Of a stretch of DNA of 64,000 nt, positions 10,291 through 24,237 are shown in pieces. The notes under the pieces are model-generated. The model did not search any database. It had not been told where the DNA came from and saw only the letters and a program-made list of their open reading frames with translations. Numbering within the stretch: the first letter of the stretch is position 1; every line of letters begins with the position of its first letter. This DNA comes from Nemertoderma westbladi (lineage: Eukaryota; Animalia; Xenacoelomorpha), in the NCBI GenBank assembly GCA_032718475.1, contig JAUCBJ010000174.1, positions 62,001 through 126,000 on the forward strand. Reading direction: 5' to 3'. The translations under genes were made by a program, and so were the position numbers.

Positions 10291-10680
10291 CAGCTGGAAT
10301 CACATAATATCTGAGCCGTTTAAGGAATAATATATATTTCGTGTTAGAACAGCCACATGGATAACTGCAGTCAACTGCACGTCCGATGTTACGTAGTAAG
10401 GGTTAGACGCCGAAGTGAGCCGTGGATGGATAGTGAGGTTCGTTAAGCAATTCTGGACAACGTCACGAAGCACCAAACAAAAGCAAATGAATTATGTATA
10501 ACTTTGGCCTGCAGCATCATTAGTTATACAGATTTATTTGCTTCAGGTTTTATAACCGCGGGACCTTCACCTTCTGGGACAGGCGATAATCTCGGTACAT
10601 ATGTACATACAGTATCTGTGGTGTAAAGAAATTATTGATTAGGTTTATTATGACAATAATTCTGCTTAGTTTAATATGTA

Positions 10681-11897
10681 GGGTGAGTGAGGGAGGCTTG
10701 AATCCCAAAAGTTATAATCGCTCTAAAGAACAGATAAATAAATTTTTCAATGCCGTTTTAACTTTTTCACATTATAATTTATGATTGCTATCATTATGTG
10801 AGAGTTTGAGAATTTCAATTCTTAAACTTTTTAAATTAAACCAATTATTCGTATTTTCGAAAAAGCGCCAAGTCTCCCTCAATGGGGGGAGACTTGACAC
10901 CTAGGGTGGGAGACTTGAACCCCACCTTAATACTTGTAAATTCGTTCAAAAATGCAGAAGAAGTGTAATAATTACATGTTCAACGTGTCTATTTTCTAGT
11001 AGAGCAAAAAAATTCGAAAAAAGCGATTGTTAAATTATTATTCAAAATTTTATACAAATTTAGGGGGTCGTTCACATGGTTCTCCCAACAAGAACTGAAT
11101 AAATAATAGTTCATTAAAACCGCATTAAAATTTAACGCGGGAAGGTACTTTTTATTAATGAATAGCCTGTATAATTTTCAATCCAGGCACATATTAATTG
11201 TTTTCCTGTAATTCTATTGATGTGTGCCGCTTTCTGATGATGTGGCATCTTGTTTAAGCTGTCAATCACCCAGTTGGCGGGCTACTAACTACATTGCAAA
11301 GAGGGAAGGGAGGGTTGGTTAGCTTGGCTTGGCTGGGTTTATCAAGGCCTCTCTCTCTCTCTGGCCACTCCATTGTATTCACATTACATTGATAGCTACA
11401 TTAGGTCTGTGTAGTACCAATCAATTAGTTGGAGTGGTCTGGTGTAATGGTTCTCTACGTGGGTGTATCTCTAGGTAGACGTCAGCATTGGAGGCTTCAA
11501 GTCTCCCTCACACTCGGGCGTCATGTCTCCCCACATGGGCTTTTTTTATATTAATTGATATAATTTCAAAACGGCTGAACCAAAACTGGAAAACAATATA
11601 TGGCAGGATAGTGCAATAATTAGTCAACACATGTGGGTAATTACAATTAACATACAGTAAAATAAGTATGCGAATTTTCATTCGTTGTAAAGGACAAAAA
11701 TTTACTTTTGAACTCAGAAAAAGTTTATTGACAATAAAACAAAAAAATAACGAAAAGGTAATAAAACATTGTTGCGCGGGTGTAGACAATATGTATTTTA
11801 CACATTTTTGTGTGGTATTGTTAAATAATTTATAATAGTATTTGAGTTATTAAAAAAAATCAAGTATCCCCTAAAGTCAAGTCTCCCTCACTCACCC
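10681..11897. mobile_element. Non-autonomous TIR DNA transposon (MITE)
   Basis: TIR GGGTGAGTGAGGGAG(G/A)CTTGA at both ends; TATGTA on both flanks (10675-10680, 11898-11903); internal AAGTCTCCC repeats. Confidence 0.85.
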
Positions 11898-12249
11898 TAT
11901 GTAGTCCCACTAGTGAGTGTTTTTGCTTAGGGTAAGTAATTTTACTGTAGAAGTAATATTTTTATCTGGAAATCTTATCAGTGAATCGGATATGTGATTT
12001 GGAGTTATTTAACAGAGAAAAATAATACAACAATTTATCCGATTGTATTTTAAACAATTTATTAAAATCCCCATTCCTTTGGTAGAGAAGAGAATCTAAC
12101 CTAAATAGAGTAACAGAACAGAAACTATTTCTAACTTGGAATAATATTTAATGTGATGCAAGCTTTCCTGGAAATGCAAGGATTCCTGGAAGCAGTGGTT
12201 GAATGCAACCGGAACCCAATATTTATTATTATTTATTTTATTTATTTAT

Positions 12250-12926
12250 TATCAGGACATATTACCTAATCTGTTAATTGCCTCAAGCACCACTCACACA
12301 CACAGCACACGCTAGGCAACAAATAATTGTCAAATACAACGTACTACAAACCACCAGACAGTCAGTGAGGGTCAGAGCCCCGGAAGTGTGGAATACACTC
12401 CCTAGTGACTTGCGGCAGATAGCTAGTCTCTCAAAATTTACGAGAAAATTATCTAAATTTATTAGCACCTAAAAATCTACGCAATAATAACTATAGACTA
12501 TAAAAACACTAAAATATAATATAACTGATTAAATACTGTATATCTATATAAGTTTTAATATTTTACAAACAGAACCATCAGCAATATATAATTTCTAATA
12601 AAAAACATACATATGTATACCGGTATAATATATATGTACAACTACAAGGGTGACTGACGTAATGGGCCTTCCCGGTCAGCCACCTTCTAAATCTACACTA
12701 ATTACTCATCTATAAACACATTCAAATTAATTAACTATTAAACCCCTACTAACATTCGAAAAACTCTATAAACAAATATAACTAACTACCTCTGAAAGTT
12801 TGCATGCATTAGCATTTATTTTGTATCCTTTTCTTTTCTTTACTTTGTATACTATTACCGCGTAAAATGCTTAAACCACCTTATATTGTAGAAATAGAAA
12901 ATATATATTAAATTCAATTCAATTAT
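12250..12926 (+). mobile_element. 5'-truncated L2/CR1-group LINE 3' end
   Basis: RQSVRVRAPEVWNTLPSDLRQIASLSKFTRKL is an ORF2 C-terminal motif; AT-rich 3' UTR ending in (AATTC)n. Confidence 0.65.
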
Positions 12927-13612
12927 TTGCGTCACCACAGTTGAAGGAGACGTCTAAAAATATACTGTCTAGACATGCCATCGCCCATTACATTGCTATA
13001 TAATTACAACATCTGGTGCCGCAGTTGATCTGACGAGAGAGAAGAGAGAGCTGTGTACCAATGGGAGAGCTGCTATTATTGGTGAGCGTCGCTGATCTAA
13101 TAAGTAATGTAGGCCAACAAAGAAATCTCCCAATGGGAATTTAATGGAAATATTCTTGCACACTTTATTTGATACGTCAGAACCGAAATCAGCACCCAAT
13201 GCCAATGTTCTTACTTTGGTTCTCGATGGAAAAATAATTCTTAGCTGGATAACTACTTGTGATAATCCAGGTGTCGAAGGTTGAATACCTCAAGCCGTTC
13301 TAAATGCGGTCTGCCGGTGAACTAATAATCTTCCTGCCACGGACGAACAGCTCATGCTAAATACGGTCAACGTGTAACCTCCGCTAGGTTACGGTCTCAG
13401 GGGAAGTTATTACTACTGTAGGAGGAAACCCTCTCTAAACGACAAAGAATTGACAACTCGAGGTTTGTTATAGAAAAGGTTGAGAAACTACATGTATGTG
13501 ATTTAATTTTTACTCGAAAACAGGAAATGTCTGCTAGTGTTTGTTTACTATTACTATCAGACATTTCCTTTTTACTCAGAAAAAGGAAGCTGTACTGCAG
13601 CACTTACAATAT

Positions 13613-14760
13613 ACTACTACTACTACTAGGATCGGCATGCTGCATTGCAGCTACATTTTTAAGAATGCTGTGCCGGCTTGTCAACAAAATTGCACCGCCA
13701 CAACTCCCTATCACCCATGACATTTCCTAGATCATCCGCATCTTCAAGGCCAGTGTCCTTTAAGATGCGTCTCAAGAAAGTCATGGGCTGTCCACCATGC
13801 TTATTCACTCCATGAGGCTGCCATGAGGCTGGTCCTCACGGCGAAAGCAATGTGGAGGCGATTTTGTTCTAGTGTGAAGCTTGGGGGAACCATTGAGACA
13901 CCTCCAATGTTATATAGTGTCTGGTTGGAGATGTGTGCATTGTACTTGACACAATGAACCCGGCGTAGCATTCCTGTGAATGTGCCATCCAGAGATTTGG
14001 TGTCCTCAGAAGTTAGAGCCTAGCATGGACTCCCGTAGAGGAGTACTGGAACTACTGCTGCTCTAAATAATCGGACCTTAAGTTTCCGATTAATTCTCGG
14101 TGACTTCCAAATCCTGGAAAGCCTATTCAAGGCTGCCCATGCCTTTCCCTTACGTAGTCGAAGGTCCTCACCTGACTTCCGGATCCATGATCCCAGGTAA
14201 CAGAAGTCGCCCACATGCTCAAGCATACCATCCTTTGAGCTTATGCTCATCCGATCAGAGACTTGCTGAGGACTTTCAAAGTTAACTGTCAAAATTTTGG
14301 TCTTTCTGGAGTTAATAAAAAGACCAACACTAGAAGCAGCATGTTCTAATGAGCTAAGGCGCCGTTGGGCTCCCTCTAGTGATTCTGAGAGTACTCCTAA
14401 GTCATCAGCAAAGTCTTAGATCAGTTAGGTACTTGGCAGGATTTCCTCGACTTCAGGAGCCAGTAGGTGGAGTTATCATCACCCCATCATCATTATGATG
14501 ATCTAAGGACATGCGTAGAACATAGTCAACCACAATAATGAACAAGAATGGTGCAAGTGTGTCTCCTTGGAGGACGCCCCATAACACTTCAAATGGTTCT
14601 GTGTCACCGTCAACAGTAGACACAAATGTTGTCGAACCATCGTATACTGATCTGATTGCTGCAATAATTTCATCAGGAATCCCATATAATGAAAGTATGC
14701 TGAACATACGTGAGCGAGAGACTGAATCAAAGGCCTTGAAGAAGTCAACAAAGATAACAT
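13613..14760 (-). mobile_element. 5'-truncated RTE-clade LINE
   Basis: FVDFFKAFDSVSR...YGIP...GVLQGDTLAPFLFIIVVDY...DFADD...DFCYLGSWI...LKVRLFRAAVVPVLLYG; (TAG)n tail at 13613-13628; frameshifted. Confidence 0.9.
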
Positions 14761-15782
14761 TCTTACAATATAATACAATACGGTTGTCGACTTCACTTCC
14801 AGACTTATGTACCGGTAACATACTGACACAAGACAGTAAGAAAGTAACATAAGTGAGTTTAAGATACTGATATTCCCATTTCAGCATTTTAAGTATTTGT
14901 TTGTACCGGTTGGCCTACTTGGTTGGAAGGAGTGCCAGTGCAGCAGTTAGTCAAACACAGTTGTTAATGGCGACGTCTAAAAATATACTGTCTAGACAAT
15001 GACGTTCGTTTAATGGTCATTGGACATCGTCCCATAAATTAAAACACGCCATCTGCGATCTGGGTGACTTTGTATCTGATACTGTATATCTCCGTTACAT
15101 AACGGAAAATTGCTATTAATGGTGAGCGCCGTTTCTATACACTCCATGACGGAGCGGGCAACGGCCAGGGGTTCAATTGTGAACGTATTAAAGTTTACAT
15201 ATGGAACCATGACATACTAAATAGACGACCATGAAAGCTGCATTCTACCTACTAAATTTAGTAGGCACACGTTATTAAAATCATTTTTCATATAATTATT
15301 TTAAGGATTAATTCTATTAATTTCTATTTTTATATATTATTGGTAAATGCCAGATCCACTTCGGTGGTGCTTACCTACGCCATCTCCTGGAATATTGTGT
15401 CTTAATTCAGTGACTTGGCCACCAATTATTATTCTACTAATCTTAATGAGATTGCATGAAATTTGAAATATATATTGTTTTACCTCCCTCATCCATACTG
15501 GGTGCGTCAGAATATTTATTTTCGCTTTCAATCCTTAACTACTGTACAAGCGTTTGAAAAGTAATTAAATAGCCTCGAGACAATGCTAAAAAAAAAATTG
15601 CCACTTCCGAATCTAATATTCCACTCAATTTCATTAAGATTCAGATGTGTGTGGGTTTGCACTGAATTAAGACATAAAAAATATCTTGTATTTTTTGATA
15701 CTATCTGCTAGCTAGTGTTTTCTATCTATTGTAAATGAAATTAGCTACTGTAAATTGAAATTTTTGGTCAACAAATCGAGCA

Positions 15783-16300
15783 TTGATTAAAGAAAATATC
15801 GACTTTGATGAAGTTTTATCAAGTGAACCAGAAAATGATTACGAATCAATTTGCATTGCTGCTGAAAGTCGAAATGAAATTATTTTGGGTTTTCTTACCT
15901 GCAAAATTATCAACAGAAAAGGTAGGAAAGGGTGCCAAAACTGTGCGGCCGTTTTACAAAATGAAACTGTTACCAACTCACTTTACCACAGTTTGCTTGA
16001 CATAGGAAGGGAGGACTCACAAGACAGTTATGCGCATTTGTTGAAGAAACGTTTAAAATTTTAATAACCGTTGAAGATTTGCTTGAAAAAACCCTTCAGT
16101 TCCGCAGCAACTTCGACTCTAACCAAAATATGTGATAATTATCCCTACGTAATCTGAGCTGACCTTCCCATACCGAACTAATTACAATAATTATTTTTTC
16201 TCTCGTAAACATATTTGCCAACAATCGATCCAAAGCCAACTCCCAGACAGTGAGAGAATCTGCTGTAAAAGAATTCAAACTGCGTCAGCGTCATGTATAA
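15783..16300 (+). pseudogene. P-element/THAP9-like transposase C-terminal remnant
   Basis: IILGFLTCKII...CQNCAAVL...SLLD, then frameshifted RKGGLT...FVEETFKIL, resembling the CxxC...DRGGL tail. Confidence 0.45.
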
Positions 16301-16393
16301 TAGCTAAATTATAGAACTGTAGTTTACCGGTACTCATCATCATTATTGAAAACATTATAAACAATAAACATTCCACAAGATTAACCAATTATA

Positions 16394-19300
16394 ATCCAGT
16401 CCCTGGCCTTAAGTCCCGTAGGAATTTCGAGGTGGACGCCGTTTCTCACTTGAACTGGGTTTGGGGTCTAAAAATGAAGAAAAAAAAATTGGGTAGACTT
16501 TTAGGTTCCTGGGCCTAAGTTTTTTATGACGTCATTTTATGACGTCATAAATATACAAATATTCATCTGTGTCCTCATCACTTTTCCAAATCAAGAGTAC
16601 AAATGATAATTATTATTTAGCTGTTGTTACCAGAGTTAACCAAATATAACGGTTTTACGATGCTCCAATTCATCATAAACCGATCGAAGCGAGTTATAAA
16701 GAAACGAGGGCACAGTAAAATAGTTATATTGATATGATCACTTAGTGAATTTATTATGAAAAGTTATATAATGTTAATTAAATGCTATGAATTATAAAAT
16801 GTTCTTATTATGGAATATTTTCGCACTCCATTTCAAAATTGCATTTGCAAAATGATGTGCAAGAAACGATATCTTTCCGGCATCTGCATCGCATAGTATT
16901 GCACTTCTTGCAGAAGCAAGTAATCGTCGCCCATTTAGGTAGTTCATTATTCCAAGGATCGGGCATGATTGATGAGTCATTCTCATTAATAGACCATCCA
17001 TAATCTGTTGGTTCTAGAGCACGATGATTCTTTCAGATCCATCTTTAACCGCGTTCAAAATATGCGGAATGAGACGCAGGTCTGCTTCTTCAATGTTGAA
17101 CTTCTCCAGACCCTCGATCGCTCCTCCACTGTTCGCTTTTAGAATTACTCCAGGTATAGATTCATCTTCGCAAACTACACCACTTAAGATAGTGTCCCAC
17201 GGTTGGTTTTCCAACACACCCAATATGAATCCTTTAAGCGCATCTTGTAACAACACTTTATTTTCTCCTGATGCCCAAAACCTATCTATCTGAACTGGAA
17301 TCATCACATCAGGAGTAATGGAGGTGAGTGATAGTTGTTGAACTGAAGATCGTCTTTCTCTCTCTGCATTTTTGATCGATGATGGTAGATAACTGTCAAA
17401 AACGTAATCAACTCGATTAAATATGCAGACACTCTTCATAATACGGTTGAACGCTTCGAAAATTTCACGAAATGTTCCCTTTCCCTTTAGTGGTATTCTG
17501 CGAAGTTGATTCATAACATCAACAACAAGACATGTCTTTAGTGCGGTGTCTTTTTCAAAATTCATGTCTACACTTTCCATCATTCTCATTAACTCAGAAA
17601 TTAAACTGGATTTCATTGGCTTAGTTGTAGCACCAGGACTATCAATCAATCAATTTTATGTTTTGAGCATTGATCCCCAATTGTTGTACTTTGAAAAGTA
17701 GGAAGATTTTGTCTATGTATGGTAGCTGATAGAGGCTTGGAGCACTTGATAAATCTTTCATAATGAAAGGAGGAATAGACATTGTCTGCCAGGGTCAAAA
17801 AGTTAAGTAGCTTTTCGGAAGTTGATGGTGGTACAATTTCGTTTGTTAATAAATTATGAAGTTTAACCTCACCTCCATTAATATAGGGATTTTCTTTGCA
17901 TTCGATATACTGCACCATTTTGGCTATACTTAAATACATCTCGTTTCTGAGGTTTCCACTTAACTCATGATGTATCTGCAGTTCATAATCGACTTGTCTA
18001 ACATTAAGTATAAGTATAACAATAAGTATAAAGTTATTTGATGTAAAGTGACTTGGAAGAGCTGCGTTTATGGAACAAGAATGAATAGTGTATTGTGCAA
18101 GATTTCTACGCGATTCCATAACCTCGTTATAGCTGACTGAGAGACCAGCTTTATTAAATGAAGTTATAAGTTATAAGTATAAGATAACCTTTACATTTTT
18201 CATGAATTGAATGACCAACCATTAAATGCAGCGGTGTTTTCTTTCTTCCTTTATGAACATTATAATATAGTATCTGGAACAGCGCTCTAATCCTGCATGA
18301 TAAATTGGATTCTGATTTATCAGTTAGAATATCGCCCTCATTGACTTCTGGGTCACCATTAACATCTCCTTCACCATCAGCTGACAAATCCGGTTGATTG
18401 TTTCCATTAACAGAAGAAAGGATATCAAGTTTGTCAAAATTTAATACCTGAGACAAGAAATCAACTAATGGTTCTGGAATTGGCGTTTTTTTCCAAGAAT
18501 ATTCCAGTTGATTGGAATCTCCAAATTCGTCATCAAGATTAAAATTTGCTTCTAAGATCGATTTTCTGACTAGTAGTCCAGCAGCCCTCACAGTATGTCA
18601 ACAGAACGAAGTTTAGCTGCTACCTGGTCAGTTGAAAGCGAAGACGAGTACACAAGAAGTGGCTGATTCATTTCAATTGGTTTGGAAAACTGGATTTTGT
18701 CACCGAATAGTTTAATCATGTAAAGTTTAACTTCTTTGTTTGTTAATACACAGTCTTCAGACTTTCCGCTCACAAAATCTCGAATTTCACTGAGTGTCAA
18801 ACCATAACCACTGTCAAAAATGTCTTGAAGCAGGGGTTTGATGTCATTTATAGCTTTGCCTTTAGAGGACGTTGCTTGTTCGAGACCATAAGATTGCTGG
18901 CATCGCCTCTTATATTTTTGAATATATGCTTCAAGACAAAGCTTGTGATAAAATAAATCCGCGGCAAAGACAGCTTGTACATTGTCAAGATCACAGGTTT
19001 TGACGTATATTTCATCCTTAAAGAAATTAGTAGCTGCAAGAAATGTTGTTGCTCTATTGGTCTCGCATATCCTGTATTTCTCCCTAGTACTGCCATGCTT
19101 TTGATTACCGCATATAATGCAAGTTAATTGGGTGGGGTCGTCTTTAGGAAATGACCCTTGGTGACGTGAGGCGATTTCGGACCTGAGCCTTTTAATGGGA
19201 CTTGGAACAGACTCATTTTCTTTTCCGTTGGTTTCCTCTATCACTTCCGGTTCTCTTTGTTTTTTTAGAAGTGTTTTCTTTAATGTGTATAATTTTTAAC

Positions 19301-20508
19301 ACTCATTGTTGCAATGATATACAAACTCAGAGTCTAATCCCAGATAATTTATCCTTTTCAAAACGATATCTTTTCGGATTTGTGCGGCTGCTATTATTTT
19401 CTTTCTACCTTCGGTTGTTCCGGTAACTGTGATATTGTCCCCTGAACCCCCTAACCTAACTTGTTGACAGATAACACACCGTGAAGCATCACAAACAATT
19501 GATGTCCCAAATCCATCTCGAATTAATGTTGTAGTTCTGCAAAGTTGTAGTCCAACAAGTTCCTTGTTGTCTCCCATTTGAAAAAAAAACTGTTCGATGT
19601 TCAACAAGATAAATAATTATATTATTTATTATATGTACTGTACTTTTAACACCTTCTTTCTACATTATAAATAAAATATGAAGGGCCTTCTTACGTATAA
19701 AATATATATACCCGTATCAAACAATATGAAACTGTAGCTAACACAGTTTTGTTAGCTACTGGTACTTTTGCATTATATGCGACATATGTTTTTTTAATGA
19801 TTTTTTAATAACATATATTTGCTTTAATATAATGTTGTCTAATTGTTCTAGAACAATTCTGTAATATTTCTTATTGAAAAATATAGCGAAAGATGTGCAG
19901 TAACAGAAATAATTAGCCTACATGGTTATGTTTATGGGGACCCTGAAGTTCGGAAAATACCATTTAACGAACATTATCGGTGAGACCAATAACTTTTGCT
20001 TTCTGTTTTTATGTTAAATTAATGATTTACTGTATGTTTAAAATAAATACTTAAAATGATGTAACAAATTTTATTAATAGCTATAAATTAGTAGCTAGTA
20101 TTCTAGGACACAATGTATTTACTTGCACAGCATAGAAAATATGTATAGGTAACATTATTACATGAAATAATTGGATCTTTTCACAATGTATTAAAAAACA
20201 GGTACTGTATATTATGTGGCGTATAACGCAAAAATTCGCTGGTATGTTTTACCACTTTCACCACAATTTTTAAAGTGTATTATTATGTTACGTTGGAAAC
20301 TGTCATAGTAAATACTCAAATCGCCACAATTTTTGAAATTGTGAACAGCTCACGGACGCACAAAACAAATGGCTATAAAAAACTTACGCCCAGGAACCAG
20401 AAAGTCTACCCAAGTTTTTTTCACCCATATATGTATGTCCAACTAGGATTCGGTGAGAAACTCCGTCCACCCCAAAATTCCTACGGGGTCTAAAGCCAGG
20501 GACTGGAG
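16394..20508 (-). mobile_element. Academ-like DNA transposon, internally deleted
   Basis: Imperfect ~130-bp TIRs (TCCAGTCCCTGGC... / ...GCCAGGGACTGGA); transposase fragments inside; TSD ambiguous (possibly TA). Confidence 0.75.
16795..19580 (-). pseudogene. Academ-type transposase fragments
   Basis: CIIC...ADLFYHKLC; KKTPLHLMVGHSIH; VVDVM...VDYVFDSY..SIKNAERERR...FWASGENK...EEADLRLIPH; C-terminal CKKCNTMRCRCRKDIVSCTSFCKC cluster; several frameshifts. Confidence 0.75.
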
Positions 20509-21289
20509 TATTATCAACTATTTATTTGCTTTTGTCCTTCTTCATTAATTTGCTAGTAAAAACACAATGTTTAAAAAAACACTGGCTTCCAAAAAAAACA
20601 CTAGCTATGGTCAATCGAAAGACCAATCTATCACATACCAAAAAAACTTTAAAATAATATAATGACGTAATGAATATAACGACCAAAAATCTCAATTTAG
20701 CTAATTTCATTTACATTAGATACTTAATTGCAAAAAAAATCTACTGTAGAACACTAACAAAAAAAATTATGTAATAAAATCTGTGTCCTAATAGCAGATA
20801 GGGGGGGGGGGGGGGGGACTGGACGCAAATAACAAATTATTACTCTCAAAAATAAAACTGTAACCTGTTCTAGCCACTGTAACCTGTTCTTTTCCCTAAA
20901 TTGTGCATTTAACATTGAGGGGGGATATTAATTCGCCAAGGCGGGGTTTGCGTCCAGGGTCCAGGGGTCCAGGCGTCCAGGGTTTTCTAGAATAATTTTT
21001 ATTTAATTACATTTATCGCGATTTCTTATTACTGGTTGCACATGAACTGATGGAGTTTTCAATTTATTAACTAAACACGATATCGCGCATCGCACCAGCG
21101 TGGTTTCGAAATTCCAAAACGAGGTCTTCACTTGTTGCAGGTCGATTTTGTTCTAGAATTGAGCAACTAATAATAGATCGAATTTATTAATAATTATTGT
21201 ATGAAATATGATAGTATTTTTACATAATGATTAGTTCTATACTAATTCTCGTTGTCTCTTTTATTTAAAATAAAAAGTCGGTTCCTTAT

Positions 21290-21313
21290 CGGGCCGCTAG
21301 GCCCGTCACTAGT
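21290..21313 (+). mobile_element. Helitron-type 3' end
   Basis: GC hairpin CGGGCC-GCTA-GGCCCG followed by TCA-CTAG|T. Confidence 0.55.
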
Positions 21314-21518
21314 TACTAAGCCTTGTGTAGAAATGCATTACATAAGAATAAGTTCCTAATGATATAACGGAAAAAGTCAAGAATCTATGATATTATCGAC
21401 AAATTCAACATTATCTGTTGATTCTTCAGTCTCGACAAAGGATTCTTTTGAAATCATTACAATAAAGAAAGACATAATTTCGTAGGGATTATGCCGATTT
21501 AGCTGTATTTCAAACTTT

Positions 21519-21821
21519 TCACCAGCTTCGTTGTATTGTGTAATAACAATTAATCCATCTATGATTGATAAATAGTAAGATGTTGATTATTAATTTTCCC
21601 TCATGATCAACTTTTAGGTTGTCTAAGAGAAGAATGGTATTTTCAGAAGCATCAATATCAATTGTGCTTAAAGCTTTCCTCGCTTTTTCAGAAAAATTGA
21701 TTTTATATTTATCATCTCCCCGACGGTAAATTGTATAATCAATAACAATATAGGCTTCACCATCTTCTGCAAAAAATGAATGCCTTACTATTGGCATAAC
21801 CATATCGGAATCAGAAGACAT
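21519..21821 (-). CDS. Unassigned 100-aa ORF, probably a frameshifted remnant
   Basis: ATG after an A-rich leader, protein-like composition; no recognisable motif. Confidence 0.25.
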   Translation of the reverse strand: MSSDSDMVMPIVRHSFFAEDGEAYIVIDYTIYRRGDDKYKINFSEKARKALSTIDIDASENTILLLDNLKVDHEGKLIINILLFINHRWINCYYTIQRSW

Positions 21822-21879
21822 TATTTAATTTATTTTATTGTAAATCAAACAAAGTAAAAACTTTTAAACTAAAACCATT

Positions 21880-23138
21880 ATAAATGATTAATTGTGATTA
21901 AAGCAAGAGATTAAATATAAGATATTTTCAAAAATAAAACCCCGCAATATAATACAGGTCTTAAACCATGAAATAAGAAAATAGCCTAAATGTGGTTTAT
22001 TGGTTGGTTGGTTGGTTGGTTGGGAAATACGAGTATAAATATGCATCATTGGGTTGTGTGTAATAATAATAATCAATAATTATAATAAAAACGTACAGTA
22101 TAATAGCGATGTTAGGCATCAATATGGCACAGATGCGATAGGGTTAGGTTGAGTAACCATGGAAACGCATTCGCTTAACCGCGTAATGTGACAACATGTA
22201 CGTGTACGCGTAGCGAGATTTCAAGTCTCATAACACTCACACTGGCGGTTGAGTAGCAGGAAATCATTGTGTGTGTGTGGAAGAGGGCAACGACCGTACG
22301 ACCGTAAAGATGATGATGATAGGATACATTAGATCATCGTCGCCGTTGTCGTCGTGGTAGTGGGGGGCGAAACAGAGAGTAACCGCAGGGTGCGGGGCTA
22401 CGCATGCATCGCGAGGTTAGGCTACGCGTAGTTGAATATCGATCATTGGCTGATGCAGCGATGCGAATGAATGGTGGCGGCAGATGGTCGTTGTGAATCT
22501 ATAAAAATTGAGCATTTTCAATAGCCCCCCGAGCGAACATCTCATAGAGAAGCATAGGGAAGACTATGTTGGGGAACCCTTATGTGCTACAGTAGTCTAG
22601 TTTGTGCGGTCTACACGATCTATTCTACTACGCCTACATATCCTCTTCAACTCCTCACGTGGCGCCCTCAGTGCCTACTGTAGTACGTATTACGTATTAG
22701 TATTGGTTCCATTGACCCAGCTTGTGCTGGTATTCATTACGTATGTTGGCACATTGTGCCCATCAGACATACGCAATGTATACCCTCCTAATCCTCACTA
22801 TGGTACTATGTACCCTTCTACTACAGTATGCGTACATACCCCCCCTCAACTCCTCACGTGGCGCCCTCAGTACCCACAATAGTACGTATTACGTATTAGT
22901 ATTGGTTCCATTGACCCGGCGTGTGGTGCATATGTAAATTAGGTACATTGGTACATTTGTACCCATCCGACGTACATAATTGTAACTACCTACACCTAAA
23001 TATTATGTACGTTGGTACGTCCATACCCATCAGACGTACCACAATGTCTAGCTAAAGCGTACCTACTATTTAATACTTATTTTTATTTTTATTTTTATTA
23101 TTTTTTGTTTAGTGTGAGGGAAGGGCATCTTGCCCTCA
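21880..23138 (-). repeat. Probable 3' LTR of BEL copy 1 (left boundary uncertain)
   Basis: Begins TG (23138) right after a purine tract (23139-23152) downstream of the integrase; internal ~200-bp-period direct repeat (~22646 and ~22846); minus-strand AATAAA near 22000. Confidence 0.45.
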
Positions 23139-23208
23139 TTCCCACCCCCCTCAGTCCAATATATTGGACGACTCAATTAACTTAGGGCGACCCCTCCAAT
23201 AGGCAACA

Positions 23209-24237
23209 TTACCCTACTGCCCTCCTATAGGTCTTCATATCTTTGGCCCCTATCTTTCCTCTGATCCTCACTTCCATGGAGCTTATTCTTCCGTCTTCGC
23301 TGGGGTAACATTCCACTACCCTAGCCAGCCTCCAGTGATTGTTGATAATCGTGTCATCTGTTACGATTATCAAGTCACCCTTCCTAAGCTGCCTCTGGTT
23401 GTTCCTCCATTTGCTCCTCTTGTGCAGTGTTGGAAGGTACTCTTGGATCCACCTTGTCCAATACTCTGCACTTGTCGCCTTAGCCACCCACCAGCTCTGA
23501 CGCGAATGTATATCATCTGTGTCAATGTTTCGCATGTCAATCGTCGCTGGTCTCTCCATCAGCAGGTGTGCTGGTGTTAGGAGGTCCAGTGATTCTGGAT
23601 TGTCGTTCTCGGGATCCAGCAGGCGGCTGTTGATGATTCCCTTGCATTTCACCAGCACTGTTCTTAGTACATCCTCAGTGACCATATGGTTATTCATGAG
23701 TTTGGTCATGAGTTGTTTGGAGCTTCCCACGAGTCGCTCTACGCATCCCAATGTATGTGGCGCATATGGCGTTCTCCTCTCCCATCTGATTAGGTGTTTC
23801 CTCATCGCTGCCTTGACATCTTCGCCCTCCAGGATGTCAAGGGCCTCCGCTAACTCGTTCTCTGCGACCACGAAGTTGGTCCCGTTATCTGAGTATAGTA
23901 CCTCAACTGTTCCTCCTCTGCGTGTCACAAACCTCTCCAACGCATTAATAAATGCTGACGCCTTGGCATCCTGAGCTAGTTCTATCCCCACTGCCCTCGT
24001 ATTATTGCAGACGAAGATAATGACGTAGAGTTTCTCTGTATGCCGCATCACCTTTATTTTAATCGGCCCGAACATGTCCACGCTGCAGTGTGTGAATGGT
24101 GGGTCGCGATGCCTCACCCTGCTGGTTGGCAATGGCGCCATCTCCTGCACGGCCCTCTCCTTCGTCCATTGGCATGTCTGGCATTGCCCCACTACCGCCT
24201 TCACCATCTTCCTAAGCTGGATTACCCAGAATGTCAC
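23209..24237 (-). pseudogene. BEL integrase core and C-terminal domain
   Basis: PFTHCSVDMFGP...YSDNGTNF...GCVERLV...LTPAHLL...YWTRWIQEYLPTL..RSKW...WRLARV. Confidence 0.9.

Noticed and set aside
15398-15674. 15-bp inverted repeat TGTCTTAATTCAGTG as MITE ends
   Set aside because: No TSD or extended TIR could be established.
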